Shown here: in pieces, positions 18,650-27,444 of the stretch | Numbering within the stretch: position 1 is the stretch's first letter | Layout of the letters: each line of letters starts with the position of its first letter | Source: Myxococcales bacterium | GTDB taxonomy: Bacteria > Myxococcota_A > Polyangia > Palsa-1104 > SHYY01 | NCBI GenBank assembly: GCA_009692555.1 | Contig: SHYY01000007.1 | Coordinates: forward strand, 3,259 to 67,258 | DNA length: 64,000 bases | Direction: 5' to 3' | Position numbers and translations under genes: made by a program | Notes under the pieces: model-generated | The model's input: only the letters and a program-made list of their open reading frames with translations | Told to the model about the DNA's origin: nothing | Databases searched by the model: none

Positions 18650-19165
18650 AACGAGATCCACGGGAACTCCGTGTACAAGTCGATCGCGCTGCCCCGCTTG
18701 CTCGGGTTGTGGGTGCAGAGGTCGAGCAGGTCCCAGCCCCGGTCGCGGTTTGCCTGCATGAGCGAGCGCAGGCCATCCAGATTCTACGGAGTGGCGTGCT
18801 TGACGCGCGCGAGGATGTCTCGCTTTGCGTGTTCCTCGAACTGCAGCACGCACCCGGAGAGCAGACGTCCGAAGCTCCTTTCGAGGAACTCCCGCAGTTC
18901 ACGTGGCGTGTGACCGAGGAGCTCGCGGAGATGTCGGTCAAAGCGGAAGTTCGGATGTTGGCGGCCGGTCACATCGAGGACGGTGAGTATGTCCTTGAAG
19001 TCGGCGCGGTCGACCGTAGAGCCCCCCGCCTGCAAGCGCTCGACAGCCCTCTGGATCTCGACGAGGAGGGCCGCGACCTCGGGCGTGCGGAACGTCTCGC
19101 GGACGAGGCGCAGCGACCGCCGGCCGTGCTGCGCCACGTGAACGTGGAGCTGCTCGAGTTCGGGT
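18650..19165 (-). pseudogene. Degraded gene of unknown function; 5' end cut at an inverted repeat, with an internal in-frame TAG
   Basis: ORFs 18784..19137 and 18574..18759 are in the same frame, separated by TAG at 18784-18786. There is no start upstream of PELEQLHVH. Boundaries are approximate. Confidence 0.5.
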
Positions 19166-19168
19166 TAG

Positions 19169-19220
19169 TCTAAACAGGAACGCATGGATCGAGGATCAAA
19201 TGGAGGCGTTCCTGTTTAGA
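19169..19220. repeat. 52-bp element with perfect 15-bp terminal inverted repeats
   Basis: TCTAAACAGGAACGC (19169-19183) and GCGTTCCTGTTTAGA (19206-19220). Confidence 0.85.
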
Positions 19221-19221
19221 A

Positions 19222-19297
19222 GATCCCACGGGGCGTTCCGCCCCGCCCCGTCGGCAGAACCAGGCAGAACCGTCGGGGTCCCCACCCCTGATCACGC
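19222..19297 (+). repeat. GC-rich REP-like repeat R, left copy (inverted copy at 21687-21753)
   Basis: gatcccacggggcgt.ccgccccgccccgtcggca...gggtccccacccctg.tcacgcg matches the reverse complement of 21687-21753. It carries an internal duplication of ggcagaacc. Confidence 0.85.
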
Positions 19298-19361
19298 GGC
19301 GACTCCGCCGCGACGCGCCCTTTGGGCGCTCGAATTTGGATCGCGCTCTGCGCGACTCTGT

Positions 19362-21359
19362 CTAGCTCCGTCCGCCCGATGCACGCCGACGTCGACCGCG
19401 CCCGAAGCGCGCCGCAAAGGCGAGCAGGACTAGCCCGAGCAGCGAGGCTCCGCCGCCCCGCGCACCGAGGCGGCAACCGCAGGCGGGCGGCTCCCGCACC
19501 GAGAGATGGACCGGCACGGCGAGGCTGGTCGGTGCCGCCGAGGGATCGGTCAGGGTCAGCGTGGCGTCGTATTCGCCGATCGGCAGCGCCTTCGCGGTGA
19601 CCGTGACCGTGAGGGCCCCCGCCGCCCGCGCCGAGAACGGGGTCACCGTGAGCCAGTCCTCGCTCGACGCAGCGGCGAGGTGCAGCACCGCCCCCGGCGG
19701 GTCGGATGCCGTGACCGCGATGCTGGCATTGGTGTCGCGGAGGATGACGCAGGGGTCCTCGGTCCCTGACTGCGCGCTGGCAATCCAGGGGCCACCGTCG
19801 CCGGTGATCAATCCCTGCCACTCCACCGGCTTGCCGCTCCGCTCCATCGAGCCATTGTCCTGCGCGCCTCCGTAGATGTGCTCGGGATCGGCCGGATCGA
19901 CGCAGATCCCGTAGAACTGCACCGCGCCGAGGCCCTGATTGCGGTCCAGCCAGGTGCTTCCGCCGTCGCCGGAGCGCACCAGCCCGCCGTCGGTGGCGGC
20001 GTAGATCGTCTGCGGGCTGCCGGGCTGAAAGGCGAACGCGTGCGCATCGGGATGCACGAGGTGCAGGTACCAGTTGGCGGCGTTCGCCTTGCACAGGCCG
20101 TTGGGCATCGAGACCGCGCGGAAGGTCGGGACGGGCGCCAGCGCGTCGGTGCTCCTCCACAGGCTGCACCCGGCACCGCCAAGGAAGAGGGTGCCTGGAT
20201 CGGTCGGGTGGAAGGCGATCACGTTGGTGTAGCCGCAGTGCGCGCCGCAGTAGTCCGGCGGGTTCGCCACGGCGGTGAAGGTGGCGCCGCGGTCCTTCGA
20301 GAGGTAGAGGGCGGCGCGCTTGCCGTCGAGACCCATGCCCGCGTACAGCAGCTTCGGGTCCGACGGGGAGAGGGCGAGCTCGATATCGCGCACCCGCGGT
20401 GTGCTGTCGGCGGTCGGCAGGCCGGAGAGCAGCCGCGGCGAGCTGCCCTCGACGAGCAGAAATCCGCCCACGTTCGACACGGCGTAGTAGAGCCGACGTG
20501 GGTTGGCGGTGGTATCGACTTCGAAATCCGTCACGCCCCCGTCGGCGAGCCGGGAGAACGTGACCCCACCGTCGCTGGAGCTCCACAGCCCGAGGCTCGC
20601 CGGATCGACGTGGTAGCTGGTGCAGTAGTCGCCGACGCCTTGCGATCCGGCGCTGGCGGAGAGCCAGATCCGACCCCCGCTCTCGATCAGGATCTTGGTG
20701 ATCGCGGAGCCGGCGAATCGGGTGCCGGCGGGCCGGGTCCAGGTAGTGCCCCCGTCGACCGATTTGAGGAGGCCCTGGCCGTAGAAGCCGAAGTTGTTCT
20801 CGCCGGTGCCGGCGTAGATCGTGTCGGGCGCGTCGGGATCGAGGGCCAGCGCAGCCACCGCGAGGGCCGGCTGGTCGTCGCCGAGCGCCCTCCAGCGGGC
20901 GCCGCGATCGATGCTCTTCCACACCCCTCCCTGCGCCGCGCCAACGTAGAGAATGTCGGGGGTTTTCGGGTGCAGGGCAATCGCGCGAAGGCGCCCGCTG
21001 ACCGGTCCCGAGTTGGGGGTCTGGTCGGTCGGCGAGAGCGGCGCCGGGCCGAGCTCGCGCCACGCAGCGACGGTGTCGGCGAGGATCTTCGGGCCGCGCG
21101 AGGGCGCCTTGCGCGCACGCTCGACCAGCGTCTCCCACCGCGCCATCGCCGCCTGGTGCACCCCCCTTCGGTCCATGCCCGCGGGGAGCGCCCGCTGCCT
21201 TTGCCACCACTCCTCGCGCCTGCGGTGCGCCTCCGGGCCGTCGCGATCGCCCGGCGGCTCGGCGGCACGCGCGCCCGCTCCGGCGAGAAGGAAGAGGCAC
21301 GGCACGGGACGAGTCGAAGTCCGGGATGGCGATCGGTCACGCGGACCTCCTGCCGGCAT
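19362..21359 (-). CDS. BNR/sortilin (VPS10-like) beta-propeller surface protein with a BACON-like domain and MYXO-CTERM-like tail
   Basis: VSGRLRAIALHP, GGVWKSIDRG, SVDGGTTW, HPDAHAFAF, ATDGGLVRS and GGAQDNG; WLTVTP..LTVTV; tail CGC-x-hydrophobic-RRRR. The start is uncertain. Confidence 0.8.
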   Translation of the reverse strand: MPAGGPRDRSPSRTSTRPVPCLFLLAGAGARAAEPPGDRDGPEAHRRREEWWQRQRALPAGMDRRGVHQAAMARWETLVERARKAPSRGPKILADTVAAWRELGPAPLSPTDQTPNSGPVSGRLRAIALHPKTPDILYVGAAQGGVWKSIDRGARWRALGDDQPALAVAALALDPDAPDTIYAGTGENNFGFYGQGLLKSVDGGTTWTRPAGTRFAGSAITKILIESGGRIWLSASAGSQGVGDYCTSYHVDPASLGLWSSSDGGVTFSRLADGGVTDFEVDTTANPRRLYYAVSNVGGFLLVEGSSPRLLSGLPTADSTPRVRDIELALSPSDPKLLYAGMGLDGKRAALYLSKDRGATFTAVANPPDYCGAHCGYTNVIAFHPTDPGTLFLGGAGCSLWRSTDALAPVPTFRAVSMPNGLCKANAANWYLHLVHPDAHAFAFQPGSPQTIYAATDGGLVRSGDGGSTWLDRNQGLGAVQFYGICVDPADPEHIYGGAQDNGSMERSGKPVEWQGLITGDGGPWIASAQSGTEDPCVILRDTNASIAVTASDPPGAVLHLAAASSEDWLTVTPFSARAAGALTVTVTAKALPIGEYDATLTLTDPSAAPTSLAVPVHLSVREPPACGCRLGARGGGASLLGLVLLAFAARFGRGRRRRASGGRS

Positions 21360-21616
21360 CGTCCGCTCGATCCGGTCCTCCTGCGGCACCCGCGATCTGA
21401 ATCTGAATCGAATCAGCTCAGGCTTCTCACCGGCCTGCGGCCGACCCGCTGCGCATGGAACCTGGGGTGCGTCAGGGCGCCACGGGCGCCCCGGCCGGCA
21501 GTCCGGCCGTGAGCCGGGAGGGGGACCCCAGCGGCTCCGCCAGGCTCCGCCGATGGGGGAGGGCGGCACGCCCGCTGTCGATGGCTAGAACAGGGATGAG
21601 CGCACCGAGTTCCTTT

Positions 21617-21809
21617 CTAGTGTCCCGACACAGAAGTTCGCAGTAGAAAAAGGCCGCGCACGGCCGCGGCCCGGCGGCAAGTGCCGCGCGTGAGCAGGGG
21701 TGGGGACCCAGGCGGCTTTGCCGACGGGGCGGGGCGGCACGCCCCGTGGGATCGTGGCTAGTGTTCTGGCTGAGAAATTCTGCAAAGAATTTCTCGGACA
21801 GGACACTAG
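21617..21809. mobile_element. CTAG-bounded MITE-like element containing a 52-bp palindrome (21758-21809)
   Basis: Left end is CTAGTGTCCCGACACAGAAGTTC. The right end read on the reverse strand is CTAGTGTCCTGTCCGAGAAATTC. A third internal copy CTAGTGTTCTGGCTGAGAAATTC starts at 21758. Confidence 0.6.
21687..21753 (-). repeat. GC-rich REP-like repeat R, right (inverted) copy
   Basis: Its reverse complement matches 19222-19297. Confidence 0.85.
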
Positions 21810-23023
21810 AACGTCGGCGGCTCGCGCAGGATGCGCTTCGCGATCACGATCCGCTGGATCTGCGCCGTCCCCTCGAAGATGTCGTAGACCTTGATGTCGC
21901 GATACCACTTCTCGACGAACTGGTGCTGCTCCAGCCCGTGCGCGCCGAGGATCTGCACCGCGTCCGCGCACACCTTCATCGCCATCCGCGCCGCGTAGGC
22001 CTTGGCCATCGAGGCCTCCTTGGCGTTCCCGATCCCCTCGTCGGCCATCCACGCCGCGCGCCAGCACATCAGGCGCCCCGCGTCGATGTTGCGCTTCATG
22101 TCGGCCAGCGTGGTCGCGAGCTGCGCGTACCTTGGAATCGCCCGCGCCAGCAGGTAGTTCTCGCGCACGAAATCGCGCGCATATTCGTACGCCGCGCGCG
22201 CGATCCCCACCGCCAGGATGCCCACCATCGGGCGCGAGGAGTCGAAGGTCTTCATCGCCCCCATGAAGCCCTCCTTACCGAGGTAATGTACCTCGCCGCC
22301 GAGGAGGTTGTCCTCCGGAACGCGCACCTCGTCGAGCACCAGCTCGGCCGTCTCCGACGCGCGGAGGCCCATCTTCTCCTCGATCTTCCCGACGGTGAAT
22401 CCGGGCGTCCCTTTCTCGACCACGAACGCCCGGTGTCCGGCGCGCCCCTGCGCCCGGTCCACCGTCGCGAAGATCACCACCCAGTCGGCCTTGCCGCCAT
22501 TGGTGATGAAGCATTTGCGCCCGGAGAGAATCCACTCGCGCCCCTCCTTGCGGCAGCTGGTGGAGATCCCCGAGACATCGCTCCCCGCGCCCGGCTCGGT
22601 CAATCCGTAGGCCCCGAAATGGAGCTGCGAACGATCCTTGAAGACGCCGAAGAAGCGCTCCTTCTGCTCGGGGGTGCCCATGAACTGCACCGGCGGGCCA
22701 CCCAGCCCGGGACCGGGCAGGGAGAGGATGATGCTCGCGTCGCCCCACGACAGCTCCTCGGCGCCGATCATCGCGAAGCGGTTCTTCTGGGACTTGCCGC
22801 GCTTGTCCTTCGCCTCGCCCGCGCCGCCCCCGTCGCCGCCCACCTCCACCGGCACCTCGCCCGAGAACGCCAGCTGCATCTGCGCGAGGCGGAGCAGGAA
22901 ATCGTCGGGGATGTGGTGCTCGCGGTCGGCCTGGAGCGACATCGGCCGCACCACCGACTCGGCGAACTGGTGGATGAACTCCTTCACCTGGCCCTGCGAC
23001 TTCGTGAGCTGGAAATCGACCAT
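21806..23023 (-). CDS. Acyl-CoA dehydrogenase
   Basis: GAYGLTEPGAGSD, LSGRKCFITNG, KMGLRASETAELV, ILGAHG and YRDIKVYDIFEGTAQIQR. Confidence 0.95.
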   Translation of the reverse strand: MVDFQLTKSQGQVKEFIHQFAESVVRPMSLQADREHHIPDDFLLRLAQMQLAFSGEVPVEVGGDGGGAGEAKDKRGKSQKNRFAMIGAEELSWGDASIILSLPGPGLGGPPVQFMGTPEQKERFFGVFKDRSQLHFGAYGLTEPGAGSDVSGISTSCRKEGREWILSGRKCFITNGGKADWVVIFATVDRAQGRAGHRAFVVEKGTPGFTVGKIEEKMGLRASETAELVLDEVRVPEDNLLGGEVHYLGKEGFMGAMKTFDSSRPMVGILAVGIARAAYEYARDFVRENYLLARAIPRYAQLATTLADMKRNIDAGRLMCWRAAWMADEGIGNAKEASMAKAYAARMAMKVCADAVQILGAHGLEQHQFVEKWYRDIKVYDIFEGTAQIQRIVIAKRILREPPTF

Positions 23024-23051
23024 CTCAGGTTCTCCCGTCTGCGAGCGACAA

Positions 23052-24239
23052 TTACGTGAAGATCGGCTGGATCGCCGACGCGGGGAAGCCGGCCCCGTCC
23101 CCATCGACGGCGTGCCCGAGCTCGAGCGACGCTAGCGCGAGCTGCTGGAGCTCGCTGGTCGGTCCGCACAGCGCGAGCGACTTGGTATCGCGCAGCCACT
23201 TCTCGACCGGATAGTCCTGCACGTAGCCCGCGCCGCCGAGGAGCTGCACCGCGTTGTCGGCCACCCGCCACGCAGCTTCGTTGGCATGGACCGCCGCCTC
23301 GGCGACCAGACCCAGGTCCAGGTTCCCGTCGCTCGCCGCCGCGCGCCACAGCATCCAGCGCGCCGCCTCGACGTCCATGTGCATCTCGGCGAGGGTGAAG
23401 GCGATCGACTGGAAATGCGCCACCGGCTTTCCGAAGGCGTGCCGCTCCTGGGTATAGGCGAGGGCGTACTCGTAGGCCGCGCGCGCGAGCCCCACCTGGC
23501 GCGCCGCGCTGGTGAGCGCCGCCCGCGCGAAGAAGCGCCGCAGCGACGGGCCGAAGCCATCCGCGCCGCCAAGCAGGCGATTCTCCTCGGGCACCACCAC
23601 GCCATCGAGGACGATCTCCGCGGCGTGGACCGCGCCGAGGCCGAGCAGGTCGTGGCGGGCGCCCTGCGTGACGGCGCCCTCGACACAGAACGCGCCCACG
23701 CCATCCCAGCCGCGCCCCGGCTCCACCTGCGCGAACACGACGGTCAAGTCCGCCGCGCCGCCATGGATCACGAACGCCTTCTTGCCCCGCAGCGCAAAGC
23801 CCCCGGCGACCTTCTCGGCGACCGTGGCGAAGCCCGCCAGCGGCACGTTGCCCGACTCGCTGTACGCCACCGCGCCGAGCGCCTCCGCCCGCTCGCCGAA
23901 GCGCGCCAGCAAGCGCCGCCCCTGCGCCTCGTCGCCGAGCTCCATGATCGCGGCCGGCGCGAGGTGCGGCGCCCACAGCGCCACCGCCGCCGCCGGGTCG
24001 CCGAACGCCAGCTCCTCGTGCACCACCACCGAGGTCAGCGCCGACATCCCCGCGCCGCCGCGCGCCTCCGGCACATCGATCAGCCCGAGCCCGAGTTCGT
24101 GAAATGATCGCCGGGCCGCCGCGGGAACCCCGCGCTCCCTCTCCCAGGTCCGCAAGGCCGGCCGCAAGACCTCCGCGGCGAACTTGCGAACGGTCTGCTG
24201 GATGATCTGCTGATCGTCGTCCAGAGCAAATGAAATCAT
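23052..24239 (-). CDS. Acyl-CoA dehydrogenase family protein (probable partner subunit)
   Basis: ISFALDDDQQII, LRGKKAFV, ERHAFGKPVAHFQSIAF and QLLGGAGYVQDYPVEKWLRD. Confidence 0.93.
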   Translation of the reverse strand: MISFALDDDQQIIQQTVRKFAAEVLRPALRTWERERGVPAAARRSFHELGLGLIDVPEARGGAGMSALTSVVVHEELAFGDPAAAVALWAPHLAPAAIMELGDEAQGRRLLARFGERAEALGAVAYSESGNVPLAGFATVAEKVAGGFALRGKKAFVIHGGAADLTVVFAQVEPGRGWDGVGAFCVEGAVTQGARHDLLGLGAVHAAEIVLDGVVVPEENRLLGGADGFGPSLRRFFARAALTSAARQVGLARAAYEYALAYTQERHAFGKPVAHFQSIAFTLAEMHMDVEAARWMLWRAAASDGNLDLGLVAEAAVHANEAAWRVADNAVQLLGGAGYVQDYPVEKWLRDTKSLALCGPTSELQQLALASLELGHAVDGDGAGFPASAIQPIFT

Positions 24240-24257
24240 GAAGTTCTGGCTCCAGTA

Positions 24258-24304
24258 TGTAGTGCTACTACACGCTTATAGGGCGCCCCGGACCGGGCTG
24301 TCAA
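24258..24304 (-). promoter_or_regulatory. sigma70 promoter TTGACA-18-TATAAG with a downstream palindromic operator TGTAGT-N3-ACTACA
   Basis: -35 at 24299-24304, -10 at 24275-24280 and inverted repeat at 24258-24272, upstream of the acyl-CoA dehydrogenase pair. Confidence 0.7.
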
Positions 24305-24375
24305 GCGGCGCGAAGGACGAGGTGAGGACGACGGAAGGCGGACGCCAGGCGGGCGGGCGCAGGGCGGGCGCGGGT

Positions 24376-24496
24376 GCGGTTCCCAATTGTAGGGAGAATC
24401 GTTCCCGGTCGGGTTGTCTCCCTTTCCCGCTGGCGCCGCTGGCGGGAGAGGGAGACGATCCCGGGCCCACCGCCTGTCCCTACAACCGGGAACCGC
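24376..24496. repeat. REP/REPIN-like nested hairpin element
   Basis: Outer arms GCGGTTCCCAATTGTAGGGA / TCCCTACAACCGGGAACCGC; inner arms GTCTCCCTTTCCCGC / GCGGGAGAGGGAGAC. Confidence 0.75.
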
Positions 24497-24551
24497 GCCC
24501 GGCGGGCGCACGCTGGCTTGCGCTTGATGGCGAGCGGCGTAGACTCGCCCC

Positions 24552-25124
24552 ATGCAGGCGGCACGACGCGTCAAGTGGACGCAGGAGGAGTACCTGGCGC
24601 GGGAGCAGCGGAGCCTGACCAGGAACGAGTTCCTGGACGGCGAGATCTACGCCATGGCCGGGGCCACGCTTCGACACAACGTGATCACGACGAACACGCT
24701 GGCAGCCCTTCACGGTCTCCTGCGAGGCAAGCCGTGTCGAGCGTTCAACAGCGATCAGCGGATCGCCGTGAGCCGGACCGGCCTCTCCACGTACGCGGAC
24801 GCCGGCGTGGTCTGCGGCGAACCGCTCTTTCACGACAACGACAAGAATGCGCTCGTGAACCCGACCCTCCTCGTGGAGGTGCTCTCCCCCTCGACCGAGG
24901 CCTACGATCGCGGTGAGAAGCTCGATCACTACCGCGCCATCCCGTCGCTGCGCGAGGTCCTCCTGATCGCCCAGGATACGCCCAGCGTCGAGCACCACTA
25001 CCGTCTGGACACAGGCCAGTGGCTGCTCACCGTATGGGACGCCGGGGCTGTGGCGCTCGCGACCCTAGGCGGCGCCGTCCCGCTCGACGACCTCTACGAC
25101 AAGGCGCACGATCTCGAGGAGTAG
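24552..25124 (+). CDS. Uma2 family (DUF820) PD-(D/E)XK nuclease-fold protein
   Basis: EEYLARE..RNEFLDGEIYAMAGAT..HN, YADAGVVCG, NPTLLVEVLSPSTEAYDRGEK and YRAIPSLREVLLIAQD. Confidence 0.93.
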   Translation: MQAARRVKWTQEEYLAREQRSLTRNEFLDGEIYAMAGATLRHNVITTNTLAALHGLLRGKPCRAFNSDQRIAVSRTGLSTYADAGVVCGEPLFHDNDKNALVNPTLLVEVLSPSTEAYDRGEKLDHYRAIPSLREVLLIAQDTPSVEHHYRLDTGQWLLTVWDAGAVALATLGGAVPLDDLYDKAHDLEE

Positions 25125-25152
25125 GCCTCCCTCGTCGATCGGACCTCGGCTC

Positions 25153-25524
25153 CTATCCGGCGCGCGCTCCGAGCGGGCGAGTCTTCAACGCGTCGACGAG
25201 GAAGTCGCGAAACGCGGTGACCTTGCGCGGCAGGTTGCGCGGCGACGGGAACACGATATGGATGGACGCGCCGAGGCGCGCGCGGTGGCGCGGCAGGACG
25301 CGCGCGAGCCGCCCTTCGGCGACGTCGGGGTCGCCAAGAAACGACGGCAGGAGGCCGATGCCCGCGTCGGCGCGCAGGCACTCGCGGAGGAACAGGTAGT
25401 CGTCGCAGACGATGCGCCCCGGGAGAGCCAGCTCCGTGGTGCCGCCCGGGCCGACCAGCGAGAGCCTGGGGCTGGCGCGAAACACGACAGCGGCGTGCGC
25501 GGCGAGATCGCCCGGCGCCCTCAG
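25153..25524 (-). pseudogene. 3' remnant of a LysR-family regulator (substrate-binding domain only)
   Basis: LRAPGDLAAH..., AGIGLLPSFL..DVAEGRLARVLP and NLPRKVTAFRDFLVDAL. There is no HTH and no start. Confidence 0.8.
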
Positions 25525-25790
25525 GCAAGGGAAAGCTCAAGGTGACCGGCGATCTGACGATGCGTGGCGTGACCCACTCCGTGGTGCTCGCCGTCGACGG
25601 GCCGACCGAGGTGGTCAAGGGTCCGTGGGGCAATGCGTCGCGCGGCGTCTCGGCGACCGGAACGCTGAAGCGGACGGCGTGGGGCCTGGTCTGGAACAAG
25701 GCGCTCGAGGCGGGCGGCGTGCTGGTGGGTGAGGACGTGCAGCTGATCATCGATGCCGAGCTGGTGGCGAAGGCGCCCGCCGCGAAGTAG
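25524..25790 (+). pseudogene. 3' remnant of a YceI-family protein
   Basis: GKLKVTGDLTMRGVTHSV, PWGN..RG.SATGTLKR..WGLVWNKALEAGGVLVGEDVQLIID. The N-terminal half is absent. Confidence 0.8.
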
Positions 25791-25804
25791 GGAGCGCGGG
25801 CCGA

Positions 25805-26662
25805 TCAGAGATCCGCGCCTGCGAACCGGACGCTCCGGGTCCACAGCAGGCCCGCCAGCGCCGCATCCTCGACGACCGGGTTCGGCGTCCCCTCGCGGCA
25901 CCGATCGTAGTAGCGCCCGTCGTGATCGGCCACCGCCTGCGAGGTCGCGCAGTAGAGCGCCGTCGCTGCCCCCTCCTCGTTCGAGATCATGAAGCGCTTC
26001 ATCGTCGCGCGCACCGGCCAGGGCACGCGCCTCCAGATGTCGGACGCGACCACGCCGGGGTGAACGGCGTAGCTGTGCACGCCCGACGGGCCGAGCCGGC
26101 GCGCGAGCTCCCGGGTGAACAGCACATTGGCGAGCTTCGAGATGGCGTACTCGTGCAGGCCGGTGAAGGTGCGTGTCGGCGCGCGCACGGCGTCGTAGTC
26201 GATGCGCGCCACCTCGTAGTGCGAGGTGCTGGTGAGGTTGACGATGCGCGAGGGAGCGGCCGCGCGCAGGCGGTCCGCGAGCAGGACGGTGAGGAGGAAA
26301 TGGCCGAGGTGGTTGGTCCCGAAGGCGAGCTCGAAGCCGTCGGTGGTCAGCCCGCGCTGGCTGGCGATGCCGGCGTTGTTGATCAGCACGTCGATCGGGC
26401 GGCCGTGCGCGCGCAGCTGCTCCGCGCACCTTCGCACCGCGGCGAGGTCGGCGAGGTCGAGCAGGAAGAACCGCGCGTCGCCACCGACGGCACGGATGGC
26501 ATCGAGGACCGGCTGGGTGCGCGCCGCGGAGCGGCCGGCGAGGGCGAGGCTGGCCCCGCGCGCCGCGAGCGCGAGGGCGGTGGCGCGCCCGATTCCGGTG
26601 TTGGCGCCGGTGAGGACGATGAAGCGTCCGGCGAGGTCGCTCAGCGGCCCCGCAGGTTCCAC
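25805..26662 (-). CDS. Short-chain dehydrogenase/reductase (retinol dehydrogenase/WWOX-like)
   Basis: LTGANTGIG, LINNAG, GFELAFGTNHLGHF, YAISKLAN and VHPGVVAS. The GTG start is approximate. Confidence 0.9.
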   Translation of the reverse strand: MEPAGPLSDLAGRFIVLTGANTGIGRATALALAARGASLALAGRSAARTQPVLDAIRAVGGDARFFLLDLADLAAVRRCAEQLRAHGRPIDVLINNAGIASQRGLTTDGFELAFGTNHLGHFLLTVLLADRLRAAAPSRIVNLTSTSHYEVARIDYDAVRAPTRTFTGLHEYAISKLANVLFTRELARRLGPSGVHSYAVHPGVVASDIWRRVPWPVRATMKRFMISNEEGAATALYCATSQAVADHDGRYYDRCREGTPNPVVEDAALAGLLWTRSVRFAGADL

Positions 26663-27444
26663 TTGGCCCACAGATCGAAGATCGGCCGCGGCACCTGCGC
26701 GCCCAGCCGCGACAGGAGCGACATCTGCCACGGGTAGCGGATCAGCGCCTCCCCGGCCTCCACGCCGCGCACGAAGCGCACCGCGGCGTCGTCGGTGGAG
26801 GTGATGAAGGGGAGCCAGCGATCCATCCGGCTGGTGAGCTCGGACTTCACGTAGCCCGGCTCGATCAGGGTCATGCGCACGCCGAAGCGGCCGGCGTCGA
26901 CGCGCAGCGACTCGACCAGCGCGCGCAGGGCCGCCTTGCTCGCGGCGTAGGGCCCCGACTGCGGCATGGCGCGATCCGCCGCCATCGAGCCGGTGACGGC
27001 GATGTGACCGGCGCGCTGCTCCCGCATGCGCGGCAGGATCGCCTCGAGCCAGTGGAGCGCGCCGGAGTAGTTGGTGCGCATCGTGTCGTCCCACTCGCGC
27101 GCCGCGAAGGTGCCGATGCGGGCGCCCGGCGCGGCGCAGCAGGCGACCTCCTGGTCGCCACCGGTCCCGGCGTTGAGGTAGGCGCGATCGAGGCGCGGCC
27201 AGGCGCGGTCGAGGGTCTGGGCGGCGCGCACGACCTCCCCGGGGACGGAGACGTCGCCCGGCAGCACCAGGGTGGACGCGGCGCCGAGCGAACGCGCCCT
27301 TCCGGCGAGCTCCTCGAGGCGGTCCTGTCGCCGCGCGAAGAGGGCGATGTGCGCGCCGCGCCTCGCGTATTCTCTGGCGATGGCCTCGCCGATGCCGCTC
27401 GAGGCTCCGCAGACGATGACGTAGGGGGCAGGGGGTGGGCTCAT
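26641..27444 (-). CDS. Short-chain dehydrogenase/reductase
   Basis: VCGASSGIG, YLNAG, YAASK and IEPGYVKS. Confidence 0.9.
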   Translation of the reverse strand: MSPPPAPYVIVCGASSGIGEAIAREYARRGAHIALFARRQDRLEELAGRARSLGAASTLVLPGDVSVPGEVVRAAQTLDRAWPRLDRAYLNAGTGGDQEVACCAAPGARIGTFAAREWDDTMRTNYSGALHWLEAILPRMREQRAGHIAVTGSMAADRAMPQSGPYAASKAALRALVESLRVDAGRFGVRMTLIEPGYVKSELTSRMDRWLPFITSTDDAAVRFVRGVEAGEALIRYPWQMSLLSRLGAQVPRPIFDLWAKWNLRGR

